Positions 39,883 to 54,939 are shown, numbered from the stretch's first letter. The stretch: DNA of 64,000 bases from Octopus vulgaris (GCA_951406725.2 OX597820.1:82398001-82462000); one strand, 5' to 3'. Made by a program: numbers and translations. The notes: generated from the letters alone by a model not told the origin.

Positions 39883-42269
39883 CTTCGCATGGTTTTATTA
39901 GTAAATAAAATGAGAACAATGCACCCAAATTTTCCTGTTCTGTTTATTTGTCATCAAAATTCGAGCTAATCTATTCTATTATCGCCTTTCTTCCCAAATA
40001 CTAACATTTATTACAAAGTTCGCTGAGCGGCAAGTAAATTATACTGTCTGTTAAAACAAAATATTTGATTATACGTGGCATCATTTGCCCTGTAACCTGG
40101 AATCATCAAACTGGAACCAGCGTTAGGTCAACGCAATTTTCAGACATAAAATACAGTTGCCGATTTAATTATGTATAACTGTTGAAACTAAATGTATTCA
40201 CAATTGCCGCATATATTTTTGTGTGATTGGTTTTTGCATAATTAAATCAGAAATTTCATTAGTAGCTTTTTCGAATCAGATTTAAAATGAATGTTGACAC
40301 ATGTAATTTATTCATTGGTAAACGTAATCTTGAGTACAAACTTGTTCAACTTGAAAAATACTGAGTACGTTTGTATGAGATAGAAATATGGAGGAATAGC
40401 ACTCCCTTTTTTGGCGACATCTGATGGCCCAGCTATCGTATTTATATGAGATGACGAACATGCAGAGTCGTAAGAGGATCATTGAGGTATTTACTTGGGC
40501 TCTCTATTCTCTGAGGTCGAATCTCACCGAGGCCAACGTTGCGTTCTATTCTTCCCGGCTCCAGAAACAGAGCATCAGTTCAGAGAGTGGATAGGCGAAA
40601 TTGTTAAAGTACTGGACGAGGTGTCTTGCTTTAACTCTTCCGATGTTTAGTGTTCTGAGTTCAAATTCTGTATTATATCATCGGCTTCCTGTTTGCGGGG
40701 AACGGTTCCGTCGTTACTCTGCGGCAGAAAATCAGTAGCAGGCGAAAATCATCCAGCATTAAAGATGAGAATACCGGATGAACATTTCTGCCTCATTGGG
40801 CTTTGTTGGTATCATACACCCACTGTTAATCACATGTCTAGACAAAATCCGTTCCTGCAGTTAATGTGAAAATATCTTACTGTTCTTTTATGTAGACAAT
40901 AAATAATTTGGTATCTTTCACATATGTGCTTCAGGGAGGCTTATCATCTCAATAGAGAAGATGCACTTTAATTCTTCCGCTACCCAGTGAAGCAATAGTC
41001 TAAATCACTCTATAGAGCAATAGCTTATCAGGATATAACATGAACAGTCTTCTTGATTTGCGTATAATATGGAAACAGTTCATTAAATATCGCGTATAAA
41101 TTTATATTTAATATATTCTTTCGGGGATGTAGCTGCTATTTCTAACATGCTGACCGATTGCATAGAGGTTCCCTGGGATAATTGACTTTCTTGCCGAGCG
41201 TCAGTTATCGACATTGCCTGTAAAATAATGAGACTGATTAAAACAATAGTAACCTCGTTCAGATACACAAAGAAAATAGTCACGTGCCTCGTTACAAAAA
41301 TCAATAATTTTGGTTGGAAAAATGTTAAACACTTCTAGATTCAAACAACGAAAGAGAAATGTGTAGGTGTATGATTAATCGATACCCAGACATATGGTTC
41401 TTAGTAGAATCGCTGGACACTAAAATGAACAAAGCATGCGAGATCAAACAGGACTAAAGCTTTTAAGAAAATTGGAAATCATTTGCTGTAAATCTGACAG
41501 ATTTATTTTTTCCTCGAGATATTGAATTTTGGACTGTTCACAACTACTAATGCATAAAATAGCTTTCAAAATTCTCAACTTTCAGTGCAGAGGAGGGGAA
41601 ACTATATTTGCAGATTAAAATAGAAAGTTTTTTGATGCAATTTAAAGGTTTTGTAGCCATTTGCAGTGATGTTTCGCATTTGATTTTACTTAGAAATTTT
41701 AATGAAAGCAAATTGGATTTGTCGTTTCTCTCGTGGAATGTTTGGCTGAAGAATTTTAAACGCAGATTATTAAGTTGAAATGTTCAGAAGAATTGTAGGA
41801 TTGTACATAAAATTACACTAACAAAGGTTAAGTACTGCTATTGTGGTTTAGCTTTGATGCAGGCAAATTCCAACAAACTTAAAATCCAGTCGTGACAATT
41901 TCGAACTTTTCTGGTAGAGTGTATTTAGGACTATGACGGCGGGGGTTTAATTTCTTTATTTCGTATCCAAATCAGTCGACAATATTGTCGCTACAGATTT
42001 GACTTGCGTTTTGTGGATTGTCATCTGTGGTAGGCTGTCGTTCTATCCAGGATCACATTTATTCTTTACTATATTTATGTCACGTGCATCGTCATCTCCA
42101 GTTTTCTTTGCTTTAAGCGGTAATTCTCGTCCTTGTTGATAAGTCTGTGTTCCGAAATGAAGTCAACTCATGAAATTCCGACTCAGAGTGACGAAATTGT
42201 AAGGTAGACAATCTGGTATATTATACATTCTATCAACTAATCACATTTAAAAGAACAGGAGCAACAGCA

Positions 42270-42344
<75 letters not shown>

Positions 42345-42345
42345 G

Positions 42346-42431
<86 letters not shown>

Positions 42432-42717
42432 ACAGCAACCACAACAATAGCAACCACAACAATATCAATACCAACAATATTGTTTCTAGCATAGGAAAAA
42501 GGCCAGAATTTTTTTGAGGAAGGAGTCAATTAATTCATATCCAATATTTGACTGGTCCATTATGTTATCGACTCCAGAGCTGTGAAAGGCAAAGATAACC
42601 TCACCGGGATTTTGAACTGAGACTGTAGAAAGAGCCATAATTAAATGCTAGACGACAATTTTACAGACTCCTAGCGATTCTATCCATCACTAGCAGCAGC
42701 ATCCCTCCTCCTCCTTC

Positions 42718-42771
<54 letters not shown>

Positions 42772-42901
42772 CCACCCACTAAACAGATTGTCTGAAATAA
42801 TTTTCCCAATACCGACCAACATGTCAATGCAGTAATTTACCAGAAAAAAGTAAAGCCTATACACTTGATGGGCAAGTTGTTGTTGCTATTGCTGTTATTG
42901 T

Positions 42902-42932
<31 letters not shown>

Positions 42933-43023
42933 GATTTGTGTGTCCATATGCCTGCATATCAGTCTGTATGTATGTGCATGTCCGTCTGTAGCTTGCAATA
43001 GTTTACATACATAAGAACTTCAG

Positions 43024-43243
43024 TAATAATAGTTTCAAATTCTGGTACAAGGCCAGCAATTTCGGGGGCAGGGAGTAAATCGATTATATCAGCCCAGTGC
43101 TCAACTGGTACTTATTTTATCGACCCAGAAAGGATAAAAGGCAAAGTCGACCTCGGTGGAATTTTAACTCAGAACGTAAATACGGACGAAATGCCGCTAA
43201 GCATTTCGCCTGGCGTGCTAACGATTCTGCCAGCTCGCTGCCT
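43024..43243 (-). mobile_element. Meta-domain SINE (alternative tail)
   Basis: Family homology; TSD TAAGAACTTCAG at 43012-43023 and 43244-43255. Confidence 0.9.
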
Positions 43244-43422
43244 TAAGAACTTCAGACACCATTACAGCGACGTCTTGCGGAAGAAATGAAAAACATTATC
43301 CCTGGCCAGAAACGTGAGAGTGTAGACAACGCTTTCACTATTGTTTATATGGTGGTGATTATGATGGTAGTGAGGTTGTAATTTTGTGGATAGGTACTGT
43401 AGTTAAGTATTTTTTTTATCTT

Positions 43423-43752
43423 CTACTTGTTTTAGTCATTTGATTGCAACTATGGTGGGGCACAGTCTTGAAGGGTTTTAATCGAATAAATCGACCACAA
43501 GACATTTTTTCAAGCTTAGTACTTATTCTATCGATATATTTTGCCGAACCGCTGATTTACGAGGACTTAAACACACCAAAACCGGTTGTCAAGCGGTGAT
43601 AGGGGACAAACAGATACAAAAACACAAGCGTAGACACACACACACACACACATAAAGATTTGATCGGCCCGGCGCTATAGCAGAAGATACTCGCTTAAGG
43701 TGACACGCAATGGGACTGAACCCCTTCTTACCACACAGCCATGCCTGCGCCT
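43423..43752 (-). mobile_element. Degenerate CORE-like SINE
   Basis: Family homology with internal deletions. Confidence 0.75.
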
Positions 43753-44266
43753 AAGCATATATAGTTTTGCACTATGGTTTTATGTATAATAATAGGAAAT
43801 CACTGTTTAGTGTTTCAATAGCTCAGTATTTAAGTTTGTGGAATTTCCAGTCTCTACCGTCACAAGCACCAACACTATCAGCATCATCATAACCACTATC
43901 ACTATCTTCACTACCACCTCTAATATCATCATAACCACCTCTACTATCAATCACCATAGATACCTACCATTTTAACTACCATTGCTATCAACATTACAAC
44001 CATCACCATCAATCAACAACACCTGACTGGTTAGCAAACTAACTGATAGACCTTCATTAATCTGCCATTAGCCTATACGCACGCTACATAACTCCATCAG
44101 CCATTTTGTATATTCTGATACTACAATAGTAGCTGCATCTCAGTCTAGCAAATAGTGTACTACCTTCATTTGAACTTAATCACTCAATCAGTCTTTGCGT
44201 TTCTCATCATACCCTCATTTATATTATTTTCTGAAACCTCACCAGACACCACCCTCCGACGATATA

Positions 44267-44832
44267 TTGGGTTGTTCGGAAAGTTCGTGCCGATTTTTAA
44301 AGGAAAGGAAAAGGTCAATAAATATTTGCTATTACATTTTTTATCAACCAGATATGGACCATTTTGTTGCACAATGCGTCTCCATCTTTCCTTTAACTTG
44401 AAAATATCCTCTTCTCAGAATTGAGGTGGTTTCGTGGCAAAGAATTCATCAAGGTATCTTTTTATGTCATCCAAATAATTGAAATTTTTACCATTAAGAC
44501 TATTCTGCAGAGACCTGAATGAGTGGAAATCTGAAGGAGCAATATCTGGTGAATATGGAAGGTGGGGTAACACATCCCAGCCAAGCTGCAGCAAATTTTG
44601 TCTGGTTCCCAAAGCATCAATTACCGAAAATGAACTTTCTTATCTTCCATTTTAAAAGGTTACAGAATTAACACAGATTATAGGAACATAAACCTTCTTC
44701 CACGAAAAGATGGCTTAAACTGTGCTCTAAATGGAGATGTAGTCAAATCCTATTTTCTGGACTCAACCATGTTCTAAAATAAATAGAAAGGTAAGCTACT
44801 ATAAATCGGCACGAACTTTCCGGAAAACCCAA
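44267..44832 (-). mobile_element. Non-autonomous mariner with TIRs
   Basis: Approx. 30-bp TIR TTGGGTTGTTCGGAAAGTTCGTGCCGATTT / AAATCGGCACGAACTTTCCGGAAAACCCAA; TA flanks; LGWDVLPHLPYSPDIAPSDFH transposase C-terminus. Confidence 0.93.
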
Positions 44833-45619
44833 TATTTTACAGGTATCAAACCTTCAAGAACGTATTTCACGTGTTTACCAACCTTGCTTAAACATCTGAC
44901 ATCCTCTGTTTGCCATATTTAAGGTCTTTGGCCTTTCTACATTCATTCTTCTCTCTACCCTTTGTTCATCTCGAAACATGGATTCTAATTCTAATATAAC
45001 ACTCTTCTTTCTTCTTCCCCCCTGTCACTGTCACTTCAATTCTTTAAGCATTTAGCTGTCCACAACTCATCTAAAACTTTGGCCTTCTGTCGCTCGCTCT
45101 CATTTACGGTTACATCCACTTGCTCACTCGCAGTCGGTGAGAACGGCCCAATTTCATCACAACCACTAACACTACAATAAAACATGACCACCACTACTAT
45201 TACCACAACTAACAGAAACACCCCGCTCCATATTATTTCATCACTATCACAGTCATTACAAAGAAAGCAGCCGCTACTACAAACACCAACACTGCCGCTA
45301 ATACCATCACCACCACCAGCAGCAGTACCACTAACACCACAACTCTCACCACCACTACTACTTCCTGCACAGCTTGCACTATTATCAGCACTACCACCGT
45401 TACTATCATCAGCATAACTGTCTAAACAACTATTAAGCTTATAACAAAGTTCAATACCCTAAGCAGTACTGTTACAAAATTACATACAACTACAAAAGCA
45501 ACGTCACCAATCACATGACTAACTATAACATCACCACCAACAACGTCAACATTATATTACTGCAGCACTACTACAATGACAAGTTATTGCTACAATACTA
45601 CTGCTGCTGCTGCTGCTGT

Positions 45620-45682
<63 letters not shown>

Positions 45683-46151
45683 CACTACTACTACCACTAC
45701 TACTACAACTACTCCGACAACGACAATTCTATAACAAGAACAAAGTGTGCTTTTACGATGAGTCAGAAGAAAATCAGTTGATTTTATCTGCCATAATTAT
45801 CTCATGTTTGACCAATAATTATATTGGATATTCGGAAATAACTTTGGCGTGACACTTGACCTTCAGGGTCAGATCAAAGTTATTTCTGAATCGTGATGGA
45901 TAAAGAAACACCATAATGATAAAGTGTTTTTTTTAAATATTATTTACAGATAGTTTATGTAATTTATTTAGAAATATTTCAATCAAGAAAAGGAGGTCAG
46001 GATAAAAAAAGAATTGAAAAGTGTATTGTGTTAAAAATAAATAAATTATTCATTTGGAAATAATGATTTGTATACCAGGTCATAGAGACATGACGAAAAA
46101 CACACACGTGTACGCACGCGCGCGCACACACACACACACTCATGTATATAT

Positions 46152-47645
46152 ATGATCATCATCATGATCATTTAACTTCTGTTTTTCTACTGGCATGGGT
46201 TGGACGATTTGACAGGACGGCGGCCACGCCAGACTCCATTTTCTGTTCTAGCACGGTTTCTATGGCTGGATACCCTTCCTTAAGCCAACCACTTTACAGA
46301 GTGTGCTGGATATTTTTATGTGTCACCATCACCAGTGATATTTACGTGGCACCAGCACAAGTATCAATTCTGCTGTGGTGGACAGGTCTTCTTGAATATA
46401 GCAAAGTGGCAGATATCTCGGTCCTTAGTCACCTCCTTTGTAAGGCTCAGTGTCTTGAAATCAGCCTTCAATACTGTTGTAAAGTGGGTTTCTCCCACTG
46501 GTTTGATGTGTGACTGCCGTTGTATTGTAGTTGTTGTTTACGCTAGTAGCCACAACAGTTACTAGTCATCGGATACTGTTGTATCTCTTCGTACCGGAAT
46601 AGTGAATACACCAACTTCTTCTGTCTCACTATCGCTGACAACTAGAATTGTCGACTCTCAACTCTTCGACTCTCGACCCTCTCTTGACGACCGGCTACTG
46701 GTCTATTTATATTGGCTAACTCCTACCACTTTTTTTTTTACTGGGAAGGGCATACAGTTTCACTATGCCTTGGATCTACATCCATACGCATCACATGATC
46801 AAATCAGCGCAGCTTTCCCTCTTGATATCTAATTCTCCTTATGCTTAACTTTTCTCTCAATACACTAGCGCTCTGTCACACACGTACACTAACATTGCAC
46901 ATCCAGTGGAGCATACTAGCTTCATTCCTCTTTAGTTTTCGCATGTTTTCTGCATTCAGGGCCTGTGTCTCACTATCGTGTTTGTATACATACATCATAC
47001 AATCTTCATTTCACCCGGATATACCTTTGGCAGCCAACAAGAGTAAAAGCTCTCAGAATTTTCTCCATCTTATTCATATTCTAGCGATTACGCTTTCCAT
47101 TCATCCTCCTCCACAATTAATTAGATTTTCTTGGTAGCAGAAATTATTCACTATCTCAAAAGAGCCACCTGAACAGTTGAGAAAATCGATTTCCCGAGTT
47201 TCTGTAGTTTTTATGGCTCATGTGCATCTTCCACATATAAACACTACTTTTTCTGATAACCTTCCTATTATTCCACTACACCTCTTGTGCGCCCATAACT
47301 TGCTCTCGGTACACTGTATAGAATTCCTGCCTACATCTTTCCTACATATCGAGGTGAGTGAGCAGTTACCTGATGGGTAAGTGTCTTACTAGAACCTTAG
47401 GGTAAGTTTACTTTAAGGCCTTTAGATTCCAGGTTTTGCTTCCGCACTTGGAATTTTTTTCTAGTTCTGTTACTGAATCTGCTAGATCATCAGCATATTG
47501 AAATTCCTAGGGGCAGCCGGTTTTCAATTCCTCTATTATGGTCTTCAGGACGATGATGAATAGGAGGGGGATGAGAATCGAACCCTGATGAACGCCTACC
47601 TGTACACTAAATTCATCACTACACCCATGATTAACTCTCATCTTA
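46152..47645 (-). mobile_element. Decayed RTE-X-like LINE
   Basis: FSVQVGVHQGSILIPLLFIIVL..GCP..YADDL; Cys-rich ICRKDVGRNSIQC..WAHKRCSGI insert; (TGA)n-like tail near 46155. Confidence 0.8.
46527..46730 (-). mobile_element. Possible LTR fragment nested in the RTE-X remnant
   Basis: Unrelated insert with TATAAATA, GAGAGTCGA repeats and an ..ACA end; no coding part or clear TSD. Confidence 0.3.
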
Positions 47646-47655
47646 ATGTGTATGT

Positions 47656-47688
<33 letters not shown>

Positions 47689-48179
47689 TATATAAAAAAG
47701 AACAAAAGTAACGAATGTTATATAAATATAGACTACATTTTAAATGTATCCCAAGTAAAACCATTTAGTAAACACGTAATCGAAAGATAAGCTATCAAAC
47801 TTTAATTCTCTATTGTCTCAACTATTTCTATTTTCTTATCATAACTCAACAAGGATTATATTGATTACAATATAGTAAATTATGTGCTATGATTAACAGG
47901 ATATATGGAACCGCCTTTGTATTGTAATATAAACTATTCAAGAATTTTAAAGCATCATATAAATTTTACTGTGATTGAGAGGGAGAAAATAGCTTTCAAA
48001 ACATTACCAATGTTAATCATACAGTTCATTTTCATTTTGCCAACCATTTTAAAGATATTTCAATTCATAGAATAATAAACACAAGGTTTAAAAGTAAAGA
48101 TAATTTTCTTTTTCATTTTATTAAACCTAATTAGCGAAGTATTAGATATTGTATTGATAAGTCATGGGTTTTTGTTCAA

Positions 48180-49240
48180 TACATATGTTTTCATATGGCT
48201 GAGATAAAGACCATATGTATTTGATGCCTTCTTGACTCTATTTGTCATTTCTTGTAGTATAGCTTCGGTCTTGGTAATTAGAACAGTATCGTCTGTATAC
48301 CTTTTGGCTAGAGATATGAGAGTCATATATCTTGATGTCCCCTTCTTCCTATATTGTTTCTCGCATTATCCAACCCGTGTAGATGTAACACAAGAATGGA
48401 GAAAGAATACAACCCTAACAAACCCCTTCCCATTTCTAGAAATATTTTGTGCTTTTATTATTTATTCGAATGCGGGTTCTTCAGAATGCCGAGATTAGAC
48501 TAGATGCTCCGCGTGTTGTTATATAGTTTGCACAGTCAAAGTCCTTTCGGTAGTCAATGTAGTTAAAGAAAGTTGTAAGGTTGCTTTTGTTTTCTGAAAT
48601 TATGTAGAGATTTTGCAGATGATCTTGTACCAGGTCCCCTTCCAAACCCGCCCTGTTCTTTAGGTATTTCTTCTCGAGAAATGGTCGCAAACATTTTAGG
48701 ATGATGGCCAACAGTACTTTACTTATATGTGGTATCAGAACGATAGTTCTATAATGTAAGGATGTTTGCAGCAATCTGAGGTACGTTCTTTCTCTCCAGA
48801 TCTTACAGCAGAGGTTGTGGAGAATTGTTATAGCACTCTCTCCTTCGCCGTTGATGAATTCAATCGGCAAAAGTGAAGGTAGAAAGAAAAGAAAAAGTAA
48901 ATGATAACATTAATCTAGGTAGTGAGAGGCTCGAATACGTCGAATTGTACATAAAATAAATGCGTTTGAAATGTGGGTGTATAGGAAAATGTGTCTAACA
49001 AGGATCACAAAGCAATTGTGAAAATTGTGAAAAAGCAAAAGCTCATCTATTATGGCAATATTTGAAGGAACAGAGGTTAGGAAAACATTATCATGGAAGG
49101 AAGAGTAAGGGACAGTAGATCAAGTGGCAGGCAAATGACGCAATGGATGGACACTATGACGAGCTGCTTGGACAAAAGTGGCAAGGTAAGTGATCAAAGT
49201 GCTGTAGGTCTACGGCACATGCCGCCGTCGCCGACGACGA
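48180..49240. mobile_element. RTE LINE remnant with inverted 5' part
   Basis: Minus strand 48180-48870: HYRTIVLIPHISKVLL, IDYRKDFD, YTDDTVL; plus strand 48955-49230: INAFEMWVYR, IMEGRV..RSSGRQ..QWMD. Confidence 0.72.
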
Positions 49241-49314
49241 CGATAACCACGTATCTTGTAATAATATAAATACGCATACACTTGTATGTATACATACACT
49301 AGTGTCTGTATGTA

Positions 49315-49360
<46 letters not shown>

Positions 49361-49423
49361 CGCATATATATACATATATATATATATATACACATATATA
49401 TATACATATATATATATATACAC

Positions 49424-49539
<116 letters not shown>

Positions 49540-49589
49540 TTGTACTTGTTTCAGTCATTTGACTGCGGCCATGCTGGAGCACCGCCTTT

Positions 49590-49755
49590 AGAGTGGTGAA
49601 AGAGTACAGCAGGGATCACCACCTCCTGCCGGAGCCTCGTGGAGCTTTTAGGTGTTTTCGCTCAATAAACACACACAACGCCCGGTCTGGGAATCGAAAC
49701 CGCGATCCTCCGACCGCAAGTCCGCTGCCCTAACCACTAGGTCATTGCGCCTCCA

Positions 49756-49757
<2 letters not shown>
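49590..49757 (-). mobile_element. 5' part of third tRNA-SINE family, abutting a CORE-like SINE tail (49543-49590)
   Basis: GTGGAGGCGCAATGACCTAGTGGTTAGGGCAGCGGAC..GGTTTCGATTCCC, matches 51781-52166. Confidence 0.85.
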
Positions 49758-49800
<43 letters not shown>

Positions 49801-50519
49801 TATATATACGTATATATATATAAATACGTACGCCCGCGCACACACATATGTACATATATGTGCTATCACAAGTACACAATGTTAGTATTAATCTAGTAGA
49901 ATTTATGCGTTACTCTTAACATAAATTATGTTATGTTGTTGCTGAAACATTACACATGCTTCATCATCATCAACCCCATTAACTTTGTGATTTAACGAAA
50001 AGACTAAAATTTAATTTCCATTTCACAAATGACTCAAAAGTTTAGTTTATGTTATCACGTTAAAGGCAAAAGCCTAAATTATAAGTTCGGTGTGAGTTGC
50101 CATGAACATCCCAGCGAAGAGATACATGATGGCGCACAAGCGGATATGAGACTGTATTCAAGGATTTAACAATATTGAAACAGTTCAAATGTTTTGAGAT
50201 ATTGGTCAGATCTGAATATATTTGATATCATTTGCTTTCAAATAAAAACTAGTTATTTTTTTTCTATAATGAAGTGTGTTTATTGTATCGGCCTAAATCC
50301 TTCAACGTCGTTTTATTTTAGAGATAGTTTAAAATGCTTAGGAAGAAAAAAATTATCAATAAATATGAATTATAAAGTCCTCAGACTCCAAACAAGGACT
50401 CCAAACAATCAGCACAAAAACGAAAATAATAAAATGTATAAAATAAAAGTGGAATGAGTTGGCGGAGTTATTGGTGTCATTGCTAGATTCTGATTAGCCC
50501 TGAGATTAACTGTGCTGTC

Positions 50520-52380
50520 GAGTAATAGATGGAGATGATAGTGAAAAGCTTTGTCATCGAGAGGAAGTGCTTCTCAAAATCGTTTTCGGTGTAATGTTAC
50601 AGGAAGTCACTTGGGATAAAGAAAACTGAGGAAATCTGGCAACACTGAACAATAAAGTATGAATTTTAGAATCCACCAGAGTAGAATAATATAAAAGCTT
50701 GTGGAAAAAAATTGGTTCAACAAAACTGATTTCCCTTTGAAAGCGAAAATAAAAACAACAACAAAAACAAAAAAATAACAGCAAATAAAAAAACTATGTT
50801 GCTTTTCCACGAATAGAAATTCCAACCGAAGATATCAGTCAAGAAAAGTGCAAAACAACAACGTAAACAACATAAAACTTTGTACGCATATATATTTGTT
50901 TCTTTGGAAAGTTGATTGAATTTTGTACTTCATGAATTTTCTTCAAGATTCTCAATTCCTAAGAAACTTGTTTGCATTCCATTCTGAAACCTAATCAAAT
51001 CAATGACCTGACTGGTAATGAGGATCTTATCCTGAAACAACTGTGTAGGGAAATTGTCTTTTCATGAATATTTCAACAAAGTTTTCTCCCCCCGCCAAAT
51101 CCGGGATAGTTAAAAAAAGAGCAATACGAGTAGATATTGTCTGGTATCAATATTATACACCGACAAAAGTAGCACATAAGAAAATCAAATGAGTACACAA
51201 CAACACGTGTCTGATAGTGCCAAGATCCCAGGAAACTGGCATAGCTTTTGGCAAATGCAGATAAAAAGAAAAGAGTTATTTACATACCTTTCGACAAAAC
51301 TTAAGGAAGTTCAGTTCCAAAACTATTAGTCTGCTCATTTTCGGATGCCACGAACTCAATGCAGAAAATGAGACAACAATTGGGTAATGCAATTCTGAGA
51401 AAATAGATACTCTGGTACACTATCTTCCTGTCCTCCAATATTATCTTTGGAATAGTTCATACCAAATACACAGATATTGAAGAAATACTGCTCAGAAATT
51501 TCCATTACTTCTTCACTGCAAATCTCAACTCATAAATCTTGATTTTATTACAAAATTAGAAAAGAAATTTTCAAACTTAGGGGAGACTACATGTAAAGGT
51601 GTGAATATCTTTTATGCTTTCTTTGGTTCAGAAAACACCACATCAGCTTTCATGATTAATAGAAACAATGTTGTTTCAAGATGAAGGACAAACCTACTGA
51701 AGAATTCATAACGGCCGTTAGAACACAAGTCAATTATTACAATTTGAAAAATGTTGTGGTGCATTTTATCTTCAATTTGTGGAGTGGAAGCACTCCGTCG
51801 GTTACGACGACGAGGGTTCCGGTTGATCCGATCAACGGAACAGCCTGCTCGTGAAATTAACGTGTAAGTGGCTGAGCACTCCACAGACACGTGTACCCTT
51901 AACGCAGTTCTCGGGGATATTCAGCGTGACACAGAGAGTGACAAGGCCGGCCCTTTGAAATACAGGTACAACAGAAACAGGAAGTAAGAGTGAGAGAAAG
52001 TTCTGGTGAAAGAGTACAGCAGGGATCACCACCATCCCTGCCGGAGCCTCGTGGAGCTTTAGGTGTTTTCGCTCAATAAACACTCACAACGCCTAGTCTG
52101 GGAATCGAAACCGCGATTCTACGACCGCGAGTCCGCTGCCCTAACCACTGGGCCATTGCGCCTCCACTTCAATTTGTACCCAGTGAGTCTTGTACTGATG
52201 GTTCCAATCAACTGAGTATAAATATTTTCTCTCACAAGTCTAAAGAATTAGAGAATGTCTCCAACGAGTGATGGATAAGACCAAGATGTCAAAGGGACAA
52301 CTTTCAAGCAAGATTTTGGATTACAGCCCATGGACCAATCATACCTCTGCAAAACTATTGAAAACAAGGAAGGCTATGAG
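50520..52380 (+). pseudogene. Academ-like (XPG/PIN-domain) DNA transposon protein remnant
   Basis: Colinear decayed motifs RVDIVW, IPGNWHSF..KELFTYLS, CNSEKIDT (HEEADT-like), TKYTDI (DTDV-like), FYAFFGSENTTSAF (FHAFTGCD-like), SPTSD..NFQARFW. Confidence 0.62.
51781..52166 (-). mobile_element. Full-length tRNA-derived SINE (third family)
   Basis: A/B boxes; TSD CTTCAATTTGT at 51770-51780 and 52167-52177. Confidence 0.92.
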
Positions 52381-53365
52381 GAAGACAAACGGCTTGCTTG
52401 AGTTTCGACTACGTTATTCTTGCAAAAGATGTTTTTAATCGCATGAAATATGTTCTCATTGTGCAAATGTAACAAAGTAAAAGTGAAATGAACATGTTCA
52501 TGTGTCTGAATATAGCCTAATAAATGGCTCATACATGCTTCCAAGTCAAAAAACATAGCTTAATATATTATTTTATAACAAGTTTTAAAACACTTTCAGA
52601 AATTGTAAAACTATTTAATGCATTTAATACTTTTCTTCAAATTCTTGGCATCTTTGATGAATTGTGGGATATGTAATATTATACAAACTTTTGATATAAA
52701 ATTTGATGATTTTCTTTTTGTTCTTAAGTATTTTTGAAATATATCTAAAATAAGATTATGTTAAAGGATTTACACTGATATAAAATAAACAGAATACCTT
52801 ACAGAGCCGAAATAATTGCAAGTATGATTGAAAATTTCCATTTGAAAGCAAATGACATCAAATGTACTTGTATCGGACTAATCAAAAGTAAAAGCTTTTT
52901 GAATGTTCTCACTTTCTTGGAAGATACAGGTTCAGAACTTCTTTGGGTCTCACATACACCCTACAAAGGTGATTAGGGTCTACCTCAGCAGAAGATGCAA
53001 TTGAGATACTTAGCTTTACTCGTATAGTTAGCATCACATACTACTTTACTCCAGTCAATTTGTTTTGAGGGATCTTCCACTAGTATTTTGTTCTTGCGTT
53101 AATTTTTCAGGCTTCCGAAACGTTAAGTTATCTATTCCTCGTGATAATTGAACTAGTACAGCTATTCCATGAAATCTGCTAAAGTTGAAATTGCGACACA
53201 ACATTCCATTATGCAAACCACTGCATATCGAAACATACAGAATGGTCTAAAGTTAGGCTGAGTCATGGTTCACTTTGAGCAAAAGATCTTTCAGCTGATT
53301 ATTTACCCCCATCCCTAGGTGAGCGCCTTGAGTAATGACTCTGTTAGCACAACAACAACAACAAG

Positions 53366-53406
<41 letters not shown>

Positions 53407-54147
53407 CGACAACAACTCCACCAACAACAACAATGTTGACTACATTACTAACAAAAGCAATAATATTCTTATTATTTTCGCCAATTAACCATTACTATGA
53501 ATGTCTTCAACAATGCCCAGCCTGTGACGTTCACCAATATAACTCGGAGTATACAATATTTGTTCATGCCTGACATTACCAAGTGAAATGGTAGGTCAGT
53601 AAACGTGACCTTTTCCAAGGTCAGGAATATAAGTGAGGTGAGGAGGACGTTATCCTCAGACGAGAAGGTTGCCTCGAATACTTACGGCAGAGTGAATTCG
53701 GCTAAAGGCACCATCCACAGGTTAGCTGGTTGCGTTAAACTTGGCAACAGACAAGAACTATATTTTTATAGGCTTCGATCTCGGTTTACTTTTATCGAAT
53801 TTCACTTTGGTGTAGCCCAAGCTAAAAACGAAAACACTTGTACATCAATGTATGGTGATACAGGATTGAATCTGAAACCAAAGAATCGCAAAGTATATGT
53901 TTGTGCTCATTGTAAGGGATGGATTCAGATATTTAGAACCATGGGTCCGTAGATATTATTTCGACTTTTAACTTTCTACCTACGTAGCAGAGGTAGTTTG
54001 GCACTAGACATCGATAGCAACGGCGCTAACAGTGACATATCTCCATCAAAAATAATCATACTTAAAACAAGCCATCATCACGACAGCAAACACTGCCGCT
54101 TCTAGCATCGCTACTGTCAATACCAACACTACTGTCACGACTGTTAC

Positions 54148-54350
54148 CACCGCCGCCGTCGCCGTAGTCGCCGCCGTCGCCGTAGTCGCCGCCGTCGTCG
54201 CAGTCGCCGCCGTCGCCGTAGTCGCCGCCGTCGCCGCATTCGCCGCAGTCGCCGCAGTCGCCGCAGTCGCCGCAGTCGCCGCAGTCGCCGCCGTCGCCGC
54301 CGCCGCCGCCGCCACCACCACCGCCACCACCACCACCACCACCACCACCA
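54148..54350. repeat. GC-rich compound trinucleotide/9-mer repeat (GCCGCCGTC/GCCGCAGTC, CCA)
   Basis: Direct tandem repeats. Confidence 0.9.
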
Positions 54351-54939
54351 GCAACAACAGCCGTTCAAGAATTTGGACCTGGAGATCTTCATTTCCAGCG
54401 ACTTCGAGGTCCACCTCCAAGTGGTGTCGAGTGTCAACGAAGAGCCCCCGACTACAACAAGACGACCAAAGTTTTTTTTTTCTTCCAAAGTCTGGGGTCT
54501 CCCGCCCCTAAGCCCTAGACCGTCACCTAATCACCCTTACCCGTCTTGTTGCTTAACAACAACAACAGCACCACTGTTAGCTCGACTAATACCACCATCA
54601 ACACTACTACAAGTAATACCACTGCCACCACCTCCAATAACACTAACATAATCATTGAAAACACAAACAACAACAAAAACAAAGTTATCCACAATGACTA
54701 TTCCCATTAATCCTACAACAACAACTATAATCAGTACTGCTACCAAGATTACCCTCACCATTGAACTCCATAAACTCGAACAGCAGCAGGACCATCAGTA
54801 CTACCGATACCACCACCACCACCACCACCACCACCACCACCTCTAGTTCCTTCCCAAATATAATAGTAACAATACAACAGTTAATACCACCACCACCACC
54901 ACCACCACCACCACCACCACCACCACCACCACCACCACC

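Noticed and set aside
45036-45221. Non-repetitive 61-aa minus-strand ORF as a host exon
   Set aside because: No recognisable homology, and an in-frame stop with no clear donor site.
52095-52166. tRNA gene (also about 23760-23826 and 49690-49757)
   Set aside because: A/B boxes are present but the acceptor stem does not close and the sequence continues into a SINE body.
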